Positions 52,489 to 63,444 of a stretch of 64,000 bases of DNA are shown one piece after another. Origin of the DNA: Candidatus Poribacteria bacterium (lineage in GTDB: Bacteria; Poribacteria; WGA-4E; UBA9662). The position numbers were made by a program, and so were the translations under genes. The stretch spans positions 1-64,000 of the forward strand of contig JAYGDX010000413.1 in assembly GCA_046582655.1 (NCBI GenBank). Reading direction: 5' to 3'. Positions within the stretch are counted from its first letter, which is position 1. The number at the start of each line of letters is the position of its first letter. The notes beneath the pieces were generated by a model. That model did not search any database. It was given only the letters and a program-made list of their open reading frames with translations, and was not told where the DNA came from.

Positions 52489-53652
52489 TTAGAAGTTCAT
52501 CATAATCTGTTGATAAATATCAACTGCTTGAAGTACCTGATGACACTCAACCCACTCGACTGCAGCATGTGCCTGATCGATACTTCCTGGACCGAGGACT
52601 ATAGCAGGAATGCCAACGGCAGTGAACTTGCTCGCATCAGTCCCATAGGGAACGCCTGAGGTGACGCCTTCTCCTAATATGGTTTGACAGGCTTCCACAC
52701 CGATTTGCACAATTCGTGAGTCTACTGATGTTTCCATCGCTTCATCAAGTAAAAACGGCTCTTCTAAAGTAACATCCAGATCAGGATCGGAGTCTTGCGC
52801 GCGTGACAAAACCTGCTGAAATAGTGCTAAGGTTTCTATCGGGCGCTCGCCCGGGATGGTACGCCGATCGATTTCAATCGCACACTGATCAGGCACAAAA
52901 TTGATCTGTACACCCCCAGAAATCACGCCAATATTTAGAGTCGGGCTACCTACAAGTGGATGTGTATTGGTGTTATATATCGGTACGATTTTATCTTCAA
53001 TAGCACAAATTAACCGAGCCATTTTAGTAATCGCATTAATACCGAGATGGGGTTTCGAACTATGCGCGGCCGTTCCCTTAACGATAATACGAAACCGAGC
53101 TAATCCCTTGTGTGTCCGAACAATTTCTAACTCGGTTGGCTCGGAAACGACAACGGCTTCTGCTTCGATAATTGATGCTAAATGTGAAGCACCCCGAAAG
53201 AGATGCTCTTCATCCACAACGCCTGCATACTTAATGGTACATGATGGAATGACACCTTTTTCCTTCAAGCGTTTCATAGCCATCATCATGGCAACTCCTC
53301 CAGCCTTGGTATCACAGGCACCACGACCATAGAGTAAGCCGTCACGAATATCGGGGGTAAATGGTGGAATTGTCATAATATTAACCGAGACAGTATCCAT
53401 ATGACACTCAAACAACAAAACACGGTCGGGATCTTCACCATCCAAAGTAGCAATGATATTATGCCTTGCTGGCAGGATCTTATGCGTTTCGCAGGGAAGA
53501 CCTATATCAGCAAAAAAACCAGCGATATATTCCACCATCCTCAACTCGCCATCTTTTCCGCCCGGCAAGTCGGGATTAATGCTTTCAATGGCTACAACAT
53601 CTTGCAAGACAGATAGGATTTCATTATCAACACGATGCCAAGATCGACTCAT
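52489..53652 (-). CDS. M20 family metallopeptidase/deacylase (ArgE/DapE-like)
   Basis: HMDTV, GRGACDTKAG, DEE, SEPT, AHSS.P..GINAI, GTDAS, GPGSIDQAH. Confidence 0.92.
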   Translation of the reverse strand: MSRSWHRVDNEILSVLQDVVAIESINPDLPGGKDGELRMVEYIAGFFADIGLPCETHKILPARHNIIATLDGEDPDRVLLFECHMDTVSVNIMTIPPFTPDIRDGLLYGRGACDTKAGGVAMMMAMKRLKEKGVIPSCTIKYAGVVDEEHLFRGASHLASIIEAEAVVVSEPTELEIVRTHKGLARFRIIVKGTAAHSSKPHLGINAITKMARLICAIEDKIVPIYNTNTHPLVGSPTLNIGVISGGVQINFVPDQCAIEIDRRTIPGERPIETLALFQQVLSRAQDSDPDLDVTLEEPFLLDEAMETSVDSRIVQIGVEACQTILGEGVTSGVPYGTDASKFTAVGIPAIVLGPGSIDQAHAAVEWVECHQVLQAVDIYQQIMMNF

Positions 53653-53842
53653 TTATGACTCCTCACCAAATACTTAATTAATTGGTCACACAGGTAGGAA
53701 CAACTTATGCTATTCTGATATGAGGTTTTCTGAGATGTGAAACTGGAAACTCTAAATTAAGTTTCCTTTGAGATTTTTTAATTGTTTGACACAGATGGGT
53801 AAAGAATACTTAATCTTAACTCTAAAATTTTCGCGACCAGTC

Positions 53843-55294
53843 TCAAAACCATCGTTCGGCAACAACTTTCTTCTGTGTAAAGAATTCAACTGCGTCTTTT
53901 CCTTGACCATGCATATCACCGAAAAAGCTGTCTCTCCAACCACTGAACGGGAAAAATGCCATTGGCGCAGCAACGCCAAGGTTAATTCCAATATTTCCTA
54001 CCTGAGCTTCATAACGGAATTTGCGGGCAGCAGCTCCACTATTTGTAAATAAACATGCCATATTGCCATAACGACCGCTGTTCACAAAATTGATTGCATC
54101 ATCGACAGTATCCAAATGGACCATACCCAAAACTGGTCCAAAAATCTCCGTATGAATGATGTTTCCATCTAACTTTAGGTTTTGGAGAATAGTTGGTTTG
54201 ACGAAACTGCCGTTCTCATAATTATTGATCTTCGCGTTTCGGCCATCAACTAGTAGATCCGAATTCTCATCTAAACTCGATAGAATCAAACCTTCAATCC
54301 TATCCTTGCTAGCTTCTGTGATCACTGGTCCCATCTGAACCCCGTCGTCTAAACCGTATCCGACAACCCAAGAGCTAGCTTGACTAACAATTGCTTCAGT
54401 AAAGTCACTCTTAGAATCACCAACAGTAACAGCTAGCGAGGCAGCAAGACAACGTTGGCCCGCACAGCCAAAGGCGCTGTCAGCAATGATTTTGCTAGCT
54501 GTCTCAATATCTGCATCAGGAAGTATGATAATAGGATTTTTGGCACCCCCTTGGCATTGTGCACGCTTCCCATTTGCAGTAGCAAGCGCATATACGTGTT
54601 TGGCGACGCTTGTTGAACCAACAAAGCTAATAGCCTTGATTCCAGAATGATTTAAAATTGCCTCGGCCGTTTCTTTTCCACCATTAACGAGATTTATAAC
54701 TCCTGTAGGAAACCTAGCTTGATCAAATAATTCAAACAACTTTTTCATCGTCAGTGGAACTTTCTCCGATGGCTTCACGATGTAAGTATTCCCACATGCA
54801 ACAGCATACGGTAAAAACCAAGCTACAATCATGGCAGGAAAATTAAAAGGTGTAATTGCCGCACATACACCAACGGGTTGACGTATCATAACTTCGTCTA
54901 TGCCACTAGCGATATCCTCAAGGTTATAACCCTGCATCAAAGTTGGGATTCCACAGGCAACTTCAACATTTTCGATAGCGCGTCTGAGCTCTCCTTTGGA
55001 TTCTTCAAGTGTCTTCCCACATTCGAAGGTAATAGTCCTAGCAAGATCGTCCAAATTCTCTTCCAACAAATTCTTGAGTGTGAAGAGGTGCTGAACCCTG
55101 TTTGAAGGAGGTGTCTGCCGCCATTCTACCCAAGCCTCTTCAGCAACTTGAACAGCTCGGTCAACTTCGGCACTTGGAGAGAGAGGGACTTGTGCAATCA
55201 CCTCTGCGGTTGCTGGGTTGATGACATCTGCGTATTCTGTTGCCTTCGATTTAACCCATGTATTACCGATATAATTACGTAAGGTATTTGTCAT
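53843..55294 (-). CDS. mmsA: CoA-acylating methylmalonate-semialdehyde dehydrogenase
   Basis: [54 protein letters not shown]. Confidence 0.92.
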   Translation of the reverse strand: MTNTLRNYIGNTWVKSKATEYADVINPATAEVIAQVPLSPSAEVDRAVQVAEEAWVEWRQTPPSNRVQHLFTLKNLLEENLDDLARTITFECGKTLEESKGELRRAIENVEVACGIPTLMQGYNLEDIASGIDEVMIRQPVGVCAAITPFNFPAMIVAWFLPYAVACGNTYIVKPSEKVPLTMKKLFELFDQARFPTGVINLVNGGKETAEAILNHSGIKAISFVGSTSVAKHVYALATANGKRAQCQGGAKNPIIILPDADIETASKIIADSAFGCAGQRCLAASLAVTVGDSKSDFTEAIVSQASSWVVGYGLDDGVQMGPVITEASKDRIEGLILSSLDENSDLLVDGRNAKINNYENGSFVKPTILQNLKLDGNIIHTEIFGPVLGMVHLDTVDDAINFVNSGRYGNMACLFTNSGAAARKFRYEAQVGNIGINLGVAAPMAFFPFSGWRDSFFGDMHGQGKDAVEFFTQKKVVAERWF

Positions 55295-55311
55295 TTCATC
55301 CTCTTGTTTTT

Positions 55312-56265
55312 TTACTGAACTAAGTATTTAAAGACTGCGTCAAGATTATCATTTGGTGAAAACATCTGTTTGACTGAAATATCTTTTTCAATAATTATCT
55401 TTGGCAAACAAGTGTAAAAATCGTCGGGCCTGATTGTCTCAACAATTATTCCATTTGTTTCTGTCTGATCGAATCTAACACTGACAACGTGGTCTAAGCC
55501 CAAACATATGGCTCCAAGATCACGAGGTCGGTCACAGTGGATGTAGACTTGATGCGGGTATTCATCAATCAGATTTCGTATATCTGAGATACTACCCTCG
55601 GCTCGTATTTGACCGTGATGGATCAGCAGGATTGACTCAGTCATTGCTTCGACTTCATGCAAAACGTGACTTGAAACAACTATGTTGCGCCCTTCCTCAC
55701 CAAGCTTACGAATCAACTGAATCGTTTTTAGACGCCCAATTGGATCCATCCCATTAAGCGGTTCATCAAGGAAAATTAGCTCTGGATCGTGTACTAGTGC
55801 TTGGGCGAACTTAATTCGCTGACGCATGCCCTTGCTATAAGTCGCGATAGGTTTATCCTGTTGATCGAACATATCAACTAACTCAATGACGTTTTGGGTT
55901 CGTTGATGGGCTTCGCTATCCGAGTAACCACTCAATAAAGCCAGAAACTTAACAAACCGGAAACCAGTCATCGAACCATATAATTTTCCGACGTCTGGAC
56001 AGTAACCGATACGTCGCTTCAGATGCAGATTGTTCCAAACGGGTTGATCCAGAACGCGAACCAAACCTGCACTTGGTTTCAGTTGGCCAACGAGCAATTT
56101 AAGTAGCGTCGACTTCCCAGCTCCGTTTGGTCCCAGCAAACCGGTTACACCTGCATATATTTGAAGCGTCAAGTCATTAAGGCTAATGACTTGACCATAC
56201 CATTTGGACAGATTCGTTGTCTTAACAACAACTGATCCTTGTACGGTTTCAAGTCTTGGTTGCAT
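55312..56265 (-). CDS. ABC transporter ATP-binding protein (ABC-2 type)
   Basis: [24 protein letters not shown]. Confidence 0.93.
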   Translation of the reverse strand: MQPRLETVQGSVVVKTTNLSKWYGQVISLNDLTLQIYAGVTGLLGPNGAGKSTLLKLLVGQLKPSAGLVRVLDQPVWNNLHLKRRIGYCPDVGKLYGSMTGFRFVKFLALLSGYSDSEAHQRTQNVIELVDMFDQQDKPIATYSKGMRQRIKFAQALVHDPELIFLDEPLNGMDPIGRLKTIQLIRKLGEEGRNIVVSSHVLHEVEAMTESILLIHHGQIRAEGSISDIRNLIDEYPHQVYIHCDRPRDLGAICLGLDHVVSVRFDQTETNGIIVETIRPDDFYTCLPKIIIEKDISVKQMFSPNDNLDAVFKYLVQ

Positions 56266-56267
56266 GA

Positions 56268-57149
56268 CTAGTGTTCTATTTGCAGGTCTAGGCTGATGTC
56301 CAAAGGCATTGCCGAGTGAGTTAATGCACCTACAGAGATAAAATTAACACCAATTTCAGCAATTGCGCGTATTCGGCCGAGGGTAATCCCTCCCGAGGCT
56401 TCGGTTATAGCATCACCATTGACTTTTTTGACAGCCGTTTGCATTGTCTCATTGCTCATGTTATCGAGCAACAGAATGTCGGCTTCCGCTTTAAGCGCTT
56501 CCTCAACTTGATCAAGCGTTTCGACCTCAACCTCTATCTTGACAGTATGCGGTGCGGCTGAACGTGCCATTGCAATCGCCTGTGGTATGCCACCAGCAGC
56601 AATGATGTGATTATCTTTTATCAGAATACCATCATACAAGCCAAAACGGTGATTTTTACCACCGCCGATGCGAACGGCATATTTCTGTAGTAAACGCCAA
56701 CCGGGAGTTGTCTTTCGTGTATCTACGATTTTGGTTTTCGTGTTTCTAACAGCGTCGACAAATTCTGCTGTTAATGTTGCTGTTCCAGACAGTCTTTGCA
56801 GAAAATTGAGTGCTGTTCGCTCTCCTGTGAGGATCGACTTGGCACAACCACTTACTTTAGCCACTGGTGTCATCGGTTCAACCGCGGTTCCATCAGAGAC
56901 TAATTGGTGGAAACCAAGACTCGGATCAATGCGACATAAAACGCGCGCAGCAACTGGAAGACCTGCGATGATACCAACACTTTTGGTGATGATAGTACCA
57001 ACTCCTTGCTGTAAAGCACCGATGGTTGATTCTGTTGTTATATCACCACCATTGATATCTTCAGCAAGAGCTAAATCAATGAGTTGATCAATCATCTGAG
57101 AGTTTAAGGGCAGATCCACCTGTTTTTTTAGCCCAGGAGCACTTGACAT
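56268..57149 (-). CDS. nadC: Nicotinate-nucleotide pyrophosphorylase (carboxylating)
   Basis: ERTALNFLQRLSG, DTRKTTPG, NHRFGL.D..LIKDNH, LLDNM, EASGGI. Exact start uncertain. Confidence 0.96.
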   Translation of the reverse strand: MSSAPGLKKQVDLPLNSQMIDQLIDLALAEDINGGDITTESTIGALQQGVGTIITKSVGIIAGLPVAARVLCRIDPSLGFHQLVSDGTAVEPMTPVAKVSGCAKSILTGERTALNFLQRLSGTATLTAEFVDAVRNTKTKIVDTRKTTPGWRLLQKYAVRIGGGKNHRFGLYDGILIKDNHIIAAGGIPQAIAMARSAAPHTVKIEVEVETLDQVEEALKAEADILLLDNMSNETMQTAVKKVNGDAITEASGGITLGRIRAIAEIGVNFISVGALTHSAMPLDISLDLQIEH

Positions 57150-57372
57150 CGCAAAAGAGACTGACTCCAAATCCTTTCTATCTCACAGTGTCTTTTCAGT
57201 CTTTTTTTCTTTGTTGAAATAACAAAGAACTCACCGGAAAAAGTCATTGAACCAAACTGGATTTTTACAGCAGAGAATAGCATTTCACTGTATCAGTGTC
57301 AAGATCAATTGTTTAATCTGATTAGGCTGCTAGAATTGTACTATGGACTTGAGATGTTGAAAGGAATTCATT

Positions 57373-58962
57373 TTGTCTGAGCAATTAGAGAAGCTTAAAG
57401 AGCAACTAATGGAGATAGACAATCTTCGGTCAGCAGCAGCACTTCTCTACTGGGATCAAGCAACGTATATGCCCCCAGGAGGTGCGACAGCCCGAGGTCA
57501 ACAAATTGCGACGCTGAACCGTATTTCCCACGAGAAATTCACCAGTGATCGAATGGGAGAGTTGCTTGAGGATCTTGCTTGGTATGAGTTGGAATCGCCT
57601 TATGACTCAGATGAGGCCAGCTTGGTGCGTATTACACGATTGAAATATGAAAAAGCAATTAAAGTGCCGTCAGACTTTATGGCAAAAATCTCCAACCATT
57701 CTGCTGCTTCGTATCAGGCATGGACAAAAGCTAGACCGGCGAATGATTTTTCCACGATGCTACCTTATTTGGAAAAGACACTTGAACTTAGTCGTCAGCT
57801 CGCAGACTTCTATCCTGGGTATGAGCATATAGCAAATCCACTGATTGACCGCAGTGATGAAGGGATGAAAGCTGAGCAGATTCGCCTGATTTTTTCTGAA
57901 CTTCGCAGTAAACTTGTTCCAATGGTAAATGCTATCACGAATCAAATAGCAACAGATGTTTCTTGTTTGCATGGTGATTTTCCCGAACAGGATCAATTCC
58001 AATTTGGAAATATGGTAATTAAGCAATTAGGATTTGACTTCAATCGTGGAAGGCAAGATAAAACGCATCACCCATTCATGACTAAGTTTTCAATCAACGA
58101 TGTTCGAATCACAACCAGATCAAAAGATGATGACATTAGTGAGTCATTGTTTAGTACGATACACGAAGCGGGACATGCTTTTTATGAGTTAGGTATTAAT
58201 GAGAATTTTAACGCGACTCCACTTGGTTCAGGTACATCGTCCGGCATTCATGAAAGTCAATCCCGTCTATGGGAAAACATTGTCGGACGAAGCCGTGAAT
58301 TCTGGGAGTTTTTCTATCCAAAACTTCAGAGTGCTTTTCCCGGTCAGTTCGATTCAGTCCCGATTGATCAATTTTATAAAGCGATCAATAATGTCGAACG
58401 ATCGCTTATTAGAACTGATGCAGACGAGGTAACTTATAATTTACATGTGATGATGCGATTTGATCTTGAGCTGGATCTGCTTGTAGGTCAGCTTGCAATC
58501 AAGGATCTACCCCAAGCCTGGAACGAACGGTTTCGATCCGACTTCGGTATAGTACCAACAGATGATAGTAACGGAGTTTTGCAGGATGTTCATTGGTATA
58601 GTGGAACAATCGGTGGTGCTTTTCAAGGATACACTCTTGGAAACATTCTAAGCAGACAATTTTATGACAGGGCTACACAGACACACTCTGAAATCTCAAC
58701 CGAGATTGCCAACGGAAAATTTGACACACTTCAAAATTGGTTAAGAGAACAAATTTATCGGCACGGCAGCAAATTTACTCCAAACGAGTTAATTAGGCGT
58801 GTCACAGGCAATGAGTTATCAATAGAGCCTTATATCCGTTACCTGTGGGGAAGTATGGTCAACTTTATCAGTTATAGATTTTGTTTACTGTGGACAGATG
58901 GGGAGGATTTTCAAGTCCTAATGTTAGACAAATTTTCTTTATGCCTGCCAATTTCGGGTTAA
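57373..58962 (+). CDS. Carboxypeptidase M32 (Taq-like); C-terminus altered by a probable 1 nt frameshift
   Basis: HPF, DVRITTR, HEAGH, HESQS, IRTDADE, GVLQDVHW. The natural end is probably YLWGKYGQLYQL* with TAG at 58875-58877. Confidence 0.92.
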   Translation: MSEQLEKLKEQLMEIDNLRSAAALLYWDQATYMPPGGATARGQQIATLNRISHEKFTSDRMGELLEDLAWYELESPYDSDEASLVRITRLKYEKAIKVPSDFMAKISNHSAASYQAWTKARPANDFSTMLPYLEKTLELSRQLADFYPGYEHIANPLIDRSDEGMKAEQIRLIFSELRSKLVPMVNAITNQIATDVSCLHGDFPEQDQFQFGNMVIKQLGFDFNRGRQDKTHHPFMTKFSINDVRITTRSKDDDISESLFSTIHEAGHAFYELGINENFNATPLGSGTSSGIHESQSRLWENIVGRSREFWEFFYPKLQSAFPGQFDSVPIDQFYKAINNVERSLIRTDADEVTYNLHVMMRFDLELDLLVGQLAIKDLPQAWNERFRSDFGIVPTDDSNGVLQDVHWYSGTIGGAFQGYTLGNILSRQFYDRATQTHSEISTEIANGKFDTLQNWLREQIYRHGSKFTPNELIRRVTGNELSIEPYIRYLWGSMVNFISYRFCLLWTDGEDFQVLMLDKFSLCLPISG

Positions 58963-59707
58963 GTTGAAGGGCTTTTGTTAACATATCCTTGGCCAAAACT
59001 TTTAAACCAACACTAGTATAAAGTTCAGCAAGTCGCCGGTAAACCCAAGCTAGCTCTCGCTTGGATAGCTTCAAATCTTTGATCCTTTGTAGGTCATTTG
59101 GTATATTCTCTAAATTCTCCGGGTTTGTGAGGCAATCGATATACATTTTTTTTAATCTATCCCGGATTTCGGATACAAAATGGTGAAAAACCGGTCGTAG
59201 TTTCTCGTAAGAGAGCAACTTTTCATAGAGATGCACCGCCGCACGGTGATTACTAGTAGTTTGATAAGCTTCAGCAATTAAAAACTCACAATCACGGCTT
59301 TCAGCATAATCCATGAAATCATCAATGCAAAAATCCTGAGTTTCCGCTTGTAGTTCTTCGTAAAGCCGAATTCCCTTTTCGTGATTGAAGCTCAGTAATT
59401 CCTGAAGCACCAAGACACACTTGTCTCGTTGCAACTTCGACCGCCGTAGACGTTCAGCATAAAACTGGTATCGTTGCTGCTGACGTTCTTTTTCTGCAAC
59501 CCATGCGTCATATTCCCATTTCTTCTGGTCATTACCAAGGACTTCATAGGCTGTTTGTATGGATTGGAATGCCCGATCTGCGTTCTTCGTCCGATTCTTG
59601 TCAGGATGAAATTGTTTGGCTAGCCTGCGGAAGGCTCGTTTAATTTCTTTCGAAGTCGCATTCCGACTGACTTTTAGTTCGTTGTAATAGTTGGGTCGAT
59701 TTTGCAT
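58868..59707 (-). CDS. DnaJ-domain protein with TPR-like C-terminal region
   Basis: NYYNELKV...EIKRAFRRLAKQFHPDKN...AYEVLG...YD (HPD intact); TPR-like helices. Confidence 0.88.
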   Translation of the reverse strand: MQNRPNYYNELKVSRNATSKEIKRAFRRLAKQFHPDKNRTKNADRAFQSIQTAYEVLGNDQKKWEYDAWVAEKERQQQRYQFYAERLRRSKLQRDKCVLVLQELLSFNHEKGIRLYEELQAETQDFCIDDFMDYAESRDCEFLIAEAYQTTSNHRAAVHLYEKLLSYEKLRPVFHHFVSEIRDRLKKMYIDCLTNPENLENIPNDLQRIKDLKLSKRELAWVYRRLAELYTSVGLKVLAKDMLTKALQLNPKLAGIKKICLTLGLENPPHLSTVNKIYN

Positions 59708-59850
59708 TAAATTCAGGGGAATTCTAGTGTATAGACTGATGTGCATCATCACATAACAGGATGTCTTTGTCAAGAGAAACTTATCCATTAAAAAGGAATT
59801 GACTTAGACCCATACGATACTTTATCATAACAACCTTTGGGAGGTATCAT

Positions 59851-60822
59851 TTGGAAAGAATCCATACTATAGTGATCATAGTTTTCTTTTCTCTGATGGA
59901 GCCAATCTCTGCTGAAACATTGCCCTACAAAGTACCAAACAAACTTGCGGTTGAAACCTTTCAAACTGAAGAAGATCACGATTTTCTAAAAGGTTTCCGT
60001 GAAAAGAAAATCCCACTTCTAATACGAAAAACACTGGGAACTGAGCACGATTTCGTCGCTGCTTGGTTACGCGAAAACACAGCGGAACTGAATGATTACC
60101 AATTGACAATTAAAATCATGCAACGTGGTGTGCATGTGACTGAAGACCAATTTGGCTGGCTAAAAAAAGAAGTTGATATCTGTGCAGAAATACTCGGCTT
60201 ACAAAAAGTTCCCCACGTTTTCGTTATTGGTGACACCTCCATGACAGCGGATGTAGTTAATTTCCATGATCCGATGATTCTACTTTCATCTGATCTGATT
60301 GAAAAATCCAATCTGATCGCGCTTCGTTTTGCCATAGGTCAACAGATGGGGCATATTTTATGTGATCATGTCTTTTTTAAAATGTTGTTTTCAGGTGGTT
60401 TTGGCTCCATTCAGATTATTCTAGGTAAATGGGTTCGGAGCCTAATTGAGTCCTTTATCGGCAAAATATCCAATCTGATACTGGTTGATTGGACACTAGC
60501 TCGTGAAATTTCGGCTGATCGCGCTGGACTAATTGCCTGTCAGGATCTTCAGGTCGCACGACAAACAATGATCAACTTCAAACTGGCTATCGATGTAAAT
60601 AAAGTCAAGATCAATCCTAAGGATTACTTGAAACAAGCAAAAATTGTTCAAGCTAAACGTAATGTGATTTACCAAAAATTACCAGATGCAGCACGAAAAA
60701 GTATTGAGCGCTGGGAGAGGTCAAATCAGCTAGCGTCGGATCAGCCTTTTATGTTCTTGCGTTTTCACGCGTTAGCAGAATTTTCAGAGTCTGAACTCTA
60801 TCAAGGTTTGTGGAAAGAATGA
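59851..60822 (+). CDS. M48 peptidase-like protein lacking HExxH
   Basis: Fold motifs ILLSSDLIE, LRFAIG(QQMGH)I...H and W...REISADRAGLIACQD; signal peptide; GGAGG RBS. Confidence 0.8.
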   Translation: MERIHTIVIIVFFSLMEPISAETLPYKVPNKLAVETFQTEEDHDFLKGFREKKIPLLIRKTLGTEHDFVAAWLRENTAELNDYQLTIKIMQRGVHVTEDQFGWLKKEVDICAEILGLQKVPHVFVIGDTSMTADVVNFHDPMILLSSDLIEKSNLIALRFAIGQQMGHILCDHVFFKMLFSGGFGSIQIILGKWVRSLIESFIGKISNLILVDWTLAREISADRAGLIACQDLQVARQTMINFKLAIDVNKVKINPKDYLKQAKIVQAKRNVIYQKLPDAARKSIERWERSNQLASDQPFMFLRFHALAEFSESELYQGLWKE

Positions 60823-61820
60823 TGTCCAAGACAAAAGTGCAATGGGGGATTTTAGGCACTGCCAATATTGCGAAAAAAGTGGGAGGAGCTATCAAAATTG
60901 CTGAAAATGCTGAATTGCTCGCTGTGGCTAGCCGGTCTCAGGCAAGAGCAAATCAGTGGGCAAAAAATAATCAGATTGAGCGTGCTTATGGAAGTTACGA
61001 TGCGCTTTTAGAAGACCCGCAAATCAATGCTGTATACATTCCACTTCCACCATCAATGCACGCTAAGTGGACAATCAAAGCTGCAGACCATGGAAAGCAC
61101 ATTTTATGTGAGAAGCCGTTATCAGTAACAGCTGATGAAGCGGTTGCCATGGCCGAGACATGTAAAGCAAACCAAGTGCAACTAATGGATGGCGTTATGT
61201 GGGTTCATCATGACAGAACAAACAGAATGCTAGGGTTGATCAAAAACGGAAGCCTCGGAGAGATGCGACGTGTGACAGCAACCTTTACCTTCAACTGGGA
61301 TCAGATTCCTCACGACAACATTCGAATCAAAAAAGAGCTCGGCGGAGGCAGTCTCGGTGACCTCGGTTACTACTGTATTCGTGCTATTCTCTGGGCATTC
61401 AGTGATTGTCCAACTAAAGTTTTTGCCACCGCGCGTCATGAGAACGATGTTGACTATAACCTGACTGCTATTCTGTGGTTTGACGAACAACGGATGGCTT
61501 CATTTGATTGCGGTTTTGACATAGGTACACGAAAATGGTTTGAAATAGCTGGAACTCAAGCGTCTTTAATCTGCGATGATTTTACTGTCCCGTGGAAGCC
61601 TGAGACAGCTCGTTTTTGGATTCATCATGCGAATGGCAAGGATGCAGAGCACAGAATTGATGGTTGTGTACAAGAAGTCAAAATGATCGAATATTTTTCG
61701 ACTGTCGCCCAAACTGGCAATTTCAACTCAAAGCTGATTGCGGATGCTGTTGATACCATGCACATCTGTGACGCACTGAAAAAGTCAATCAGACTTAATC
61801 AGGTTATAGATCTTGTTTAA
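60819..61820 (+). CDS. Gfo/Idh/MocA family oxidoreductase
   Basis: WGILGTANIA, VYIPLP, HILCEKP, GGGSLGDLGYY. Confidence 0.92.
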   Translation: MMSKTKVQWGILGTANIAKKVGGAIKIAENAELLAVASRSQARANQWAKNNQIERAYGSYDALLEDPQINAVYIPLPPSMHAKWTIKAADHGKHILCEKPLSVTADEAVAMAETCKANQVQLMDGVMWVHHDRTNRMLGLIKNGSLGEMRRVTATFTFNWDQIPHDNIRIKKELGGGSLGDLGYYCIRAILWAFSDCPTKVFATARHENDVDYNLTAILWFDEQRMASFDCGFDIGTRKWFEIAGTQASLICDDFTVPWKPETARFWIHHANGKDAEHRIDGCVQEVKMIEYFSTVAQTGNFNSKLIADAVDTMHICDALKKSIRLNQVIDLV

Positions 61821-61839
61821 AAAAGGTTATACCTATTAA

Positions 61840-62724
61840 ATGACAGATGACTGGAAAGTCGTTATTTCTCGGTTGACCCATCTTATTGATAAAGCGGAAA
61901 AATTCTTTCTACAAAATAATGTTACTGATTCAGAGGAAGAAACCAATTCACTTCTTGACCAGTACTCAGCGTTTCGCTGGCAAATTCGATTTGGGGTGCC
62001 TAAACTAATTCCAGTTCGTCACCCGGATTTGATGGACATCAATGACCTAATCGGAATCAATCAAGAAATCGATACTTTAGACCGAAACACACGACAATTC
62101 CTGTATGGTTTGCCCGCCAACCACGTACTGCTGTGGGGCGATAGGGGAACCGGAAAATCGTCGCTTGTGAAAGCAATTCTTAACCGGTACGCGGATCAGG
62201 GATTACGCCTGATTGAAGTTAACAAAGATGGATTGATCTATTTGCAAGAGCTTACTGAACTCATTTGGAATAGACAGGAAAGTTACGTTCTTTTCTGTGA
62301 TGACCTCTCCTTTAGCGATCAGGAAGCAGAATATCGCGAACTGAAGGCCATATTAGAAGGTGGAATTTCAGCGAGACCGAATAATGTTTTAATTTACGCA
62401 ACATCAAACCGTCGCCATCTCATGCCGCGTCAGATTGTGGAAAATAAATTCCCAGCGACCGATCAGGACGAACTCTATCCTCGTGAGACCACCGAAGAGA
62501 AGGTTTCGTTAAGTGATCGCTTTGGATTACGAATTGCCTTCCAGCGTATTTCAAAAAGAACTTACCTTGACATCGTTTCACACTATTCTCAACAGCGGTG
62601 TCTTCCTATTTCAGATGATGAACTTGAACAAGAAGCTATTGAATGGGAAGCTTCATCAAGCGGGAGATCCGGTCGAGTCGCACGCCAGTTAATCGATGAC
62701 TTGGAAGGTCGGTTAAAATCATGA
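61840..62724 (+). CDS. DUF815 family AAA+ ATPase
   Basis: NTRQF..GLPANHVLLWGDRGTGKSS, FCDDLSF, YATSNRRHL, EEKVSLSDRFGL, RSGRVARQ. Confidence 0.93.
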   Translation: MTDDWKVVISRLTHLIDKAEKFFLQNNVTDSEEETNSLLDQYSAFRWQIRFGVPKLIPVRHPDLMDINDLIGINQEIDTLDRNTRQFLYGLPANHVLLWGDRGTGKSSLVKAILNRYADQGLRLIEVNKDGLIYLQELTELIWNRQESYVLFCDDLSFSDQEAEYRELKAILEGGISARPNNVLIYATSNRRHLMPRQIVENKFPATDQDELYPRETTEEKVSLSDRFGLRIAFQRISKRTYLDIVSHYSQQRCLPISDDELEQEAIEWEASSSGRSGRVARQLIDDLEGRLKS

Positions 62725-63444
62725 TTTAACGATTCCCCCATCAAAACTATATCTCGGCCAACCAAGATGCCAACCAGTAAAACCATGTGGGATGTAGTGA
62801 TTTGCCAGCACATGCCGGAACGAATTTTTGTCTAGAATGAGTCCGCCTCGGTGTACTAAAACGCCGTGGAACAAAACGACATCCCCAGTCGACACTTCAA
62901 CCTCGATTTCAGGAAGATTGTTCCGTTCAAATAGAAAATCAACTGCGTCATTATAATCCATACCATGGAATTCGCCTGCATCCTCAAAATCATAACGTGT
63001 GATTAACCGATTCTTATGCGAACCAGGCTGCACATAAATCGTTCCATTTTCAACACCAATGTTTTGAAGTGCGATCCAAGCTGACATGCAACTCGGCAGG
63101 TAAAACTGATCTTGATGTCGACGTTGTTCTGACCCCTTCCAGAAATACATGGTCTGAATACCTTCGGCATCTTCGCCCAAACAATCGTAAAGAGGCTGAC
63201 ATAATCTTAGATCAATTAGCCATGCCATTGCCACTGGATCATAAGCATGCTGATTGTGTGTCCGTCCCCACTCATCCGCTTGACGTAACGTAAAACCATT
63301 TAGTTTCCGTCGTCCAGCATGTAAATCCATCATGTATTCAATAAAATCATCACATTCAGCCTGACTGAAAACTTCACGAAGAATAACATAACCTTCCTGC
63401 CTGTAATGCCCTTTTTGACTGGATGTGAGTTCTTTTCCATTCAT
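62719..63444 (-). CDS. PhyH family 2OG-Fe(II) dioxygenase
   Basis: YRQEGY, RHQDQ, AWIAL, NG....PGSH, GDVVLFHG..VHRG. Confidence 0.92.
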   Translation of the reverse strand: MNGKELTSSQKGHYRQEGYVILREVFSQAECDDFIEYMMDLHAGRRKLNGFTLRQADEWGRTHNQHAYDPVAMAWLIDLRLCQPLYDCLGEDAEGIQTMYFWKGSEQRRHQDQFYLPSCMSAWIALQNIGVENGTIYVQPGSHKNRLITRYDFEDAGEFHGMDYNDAVDFLFERNNLPEIEVEVSTGDVVLFHGVLVHRGGLILDKNSFRHVLANHYIPHGFTGWHLGWPRYSFDGGIVKS

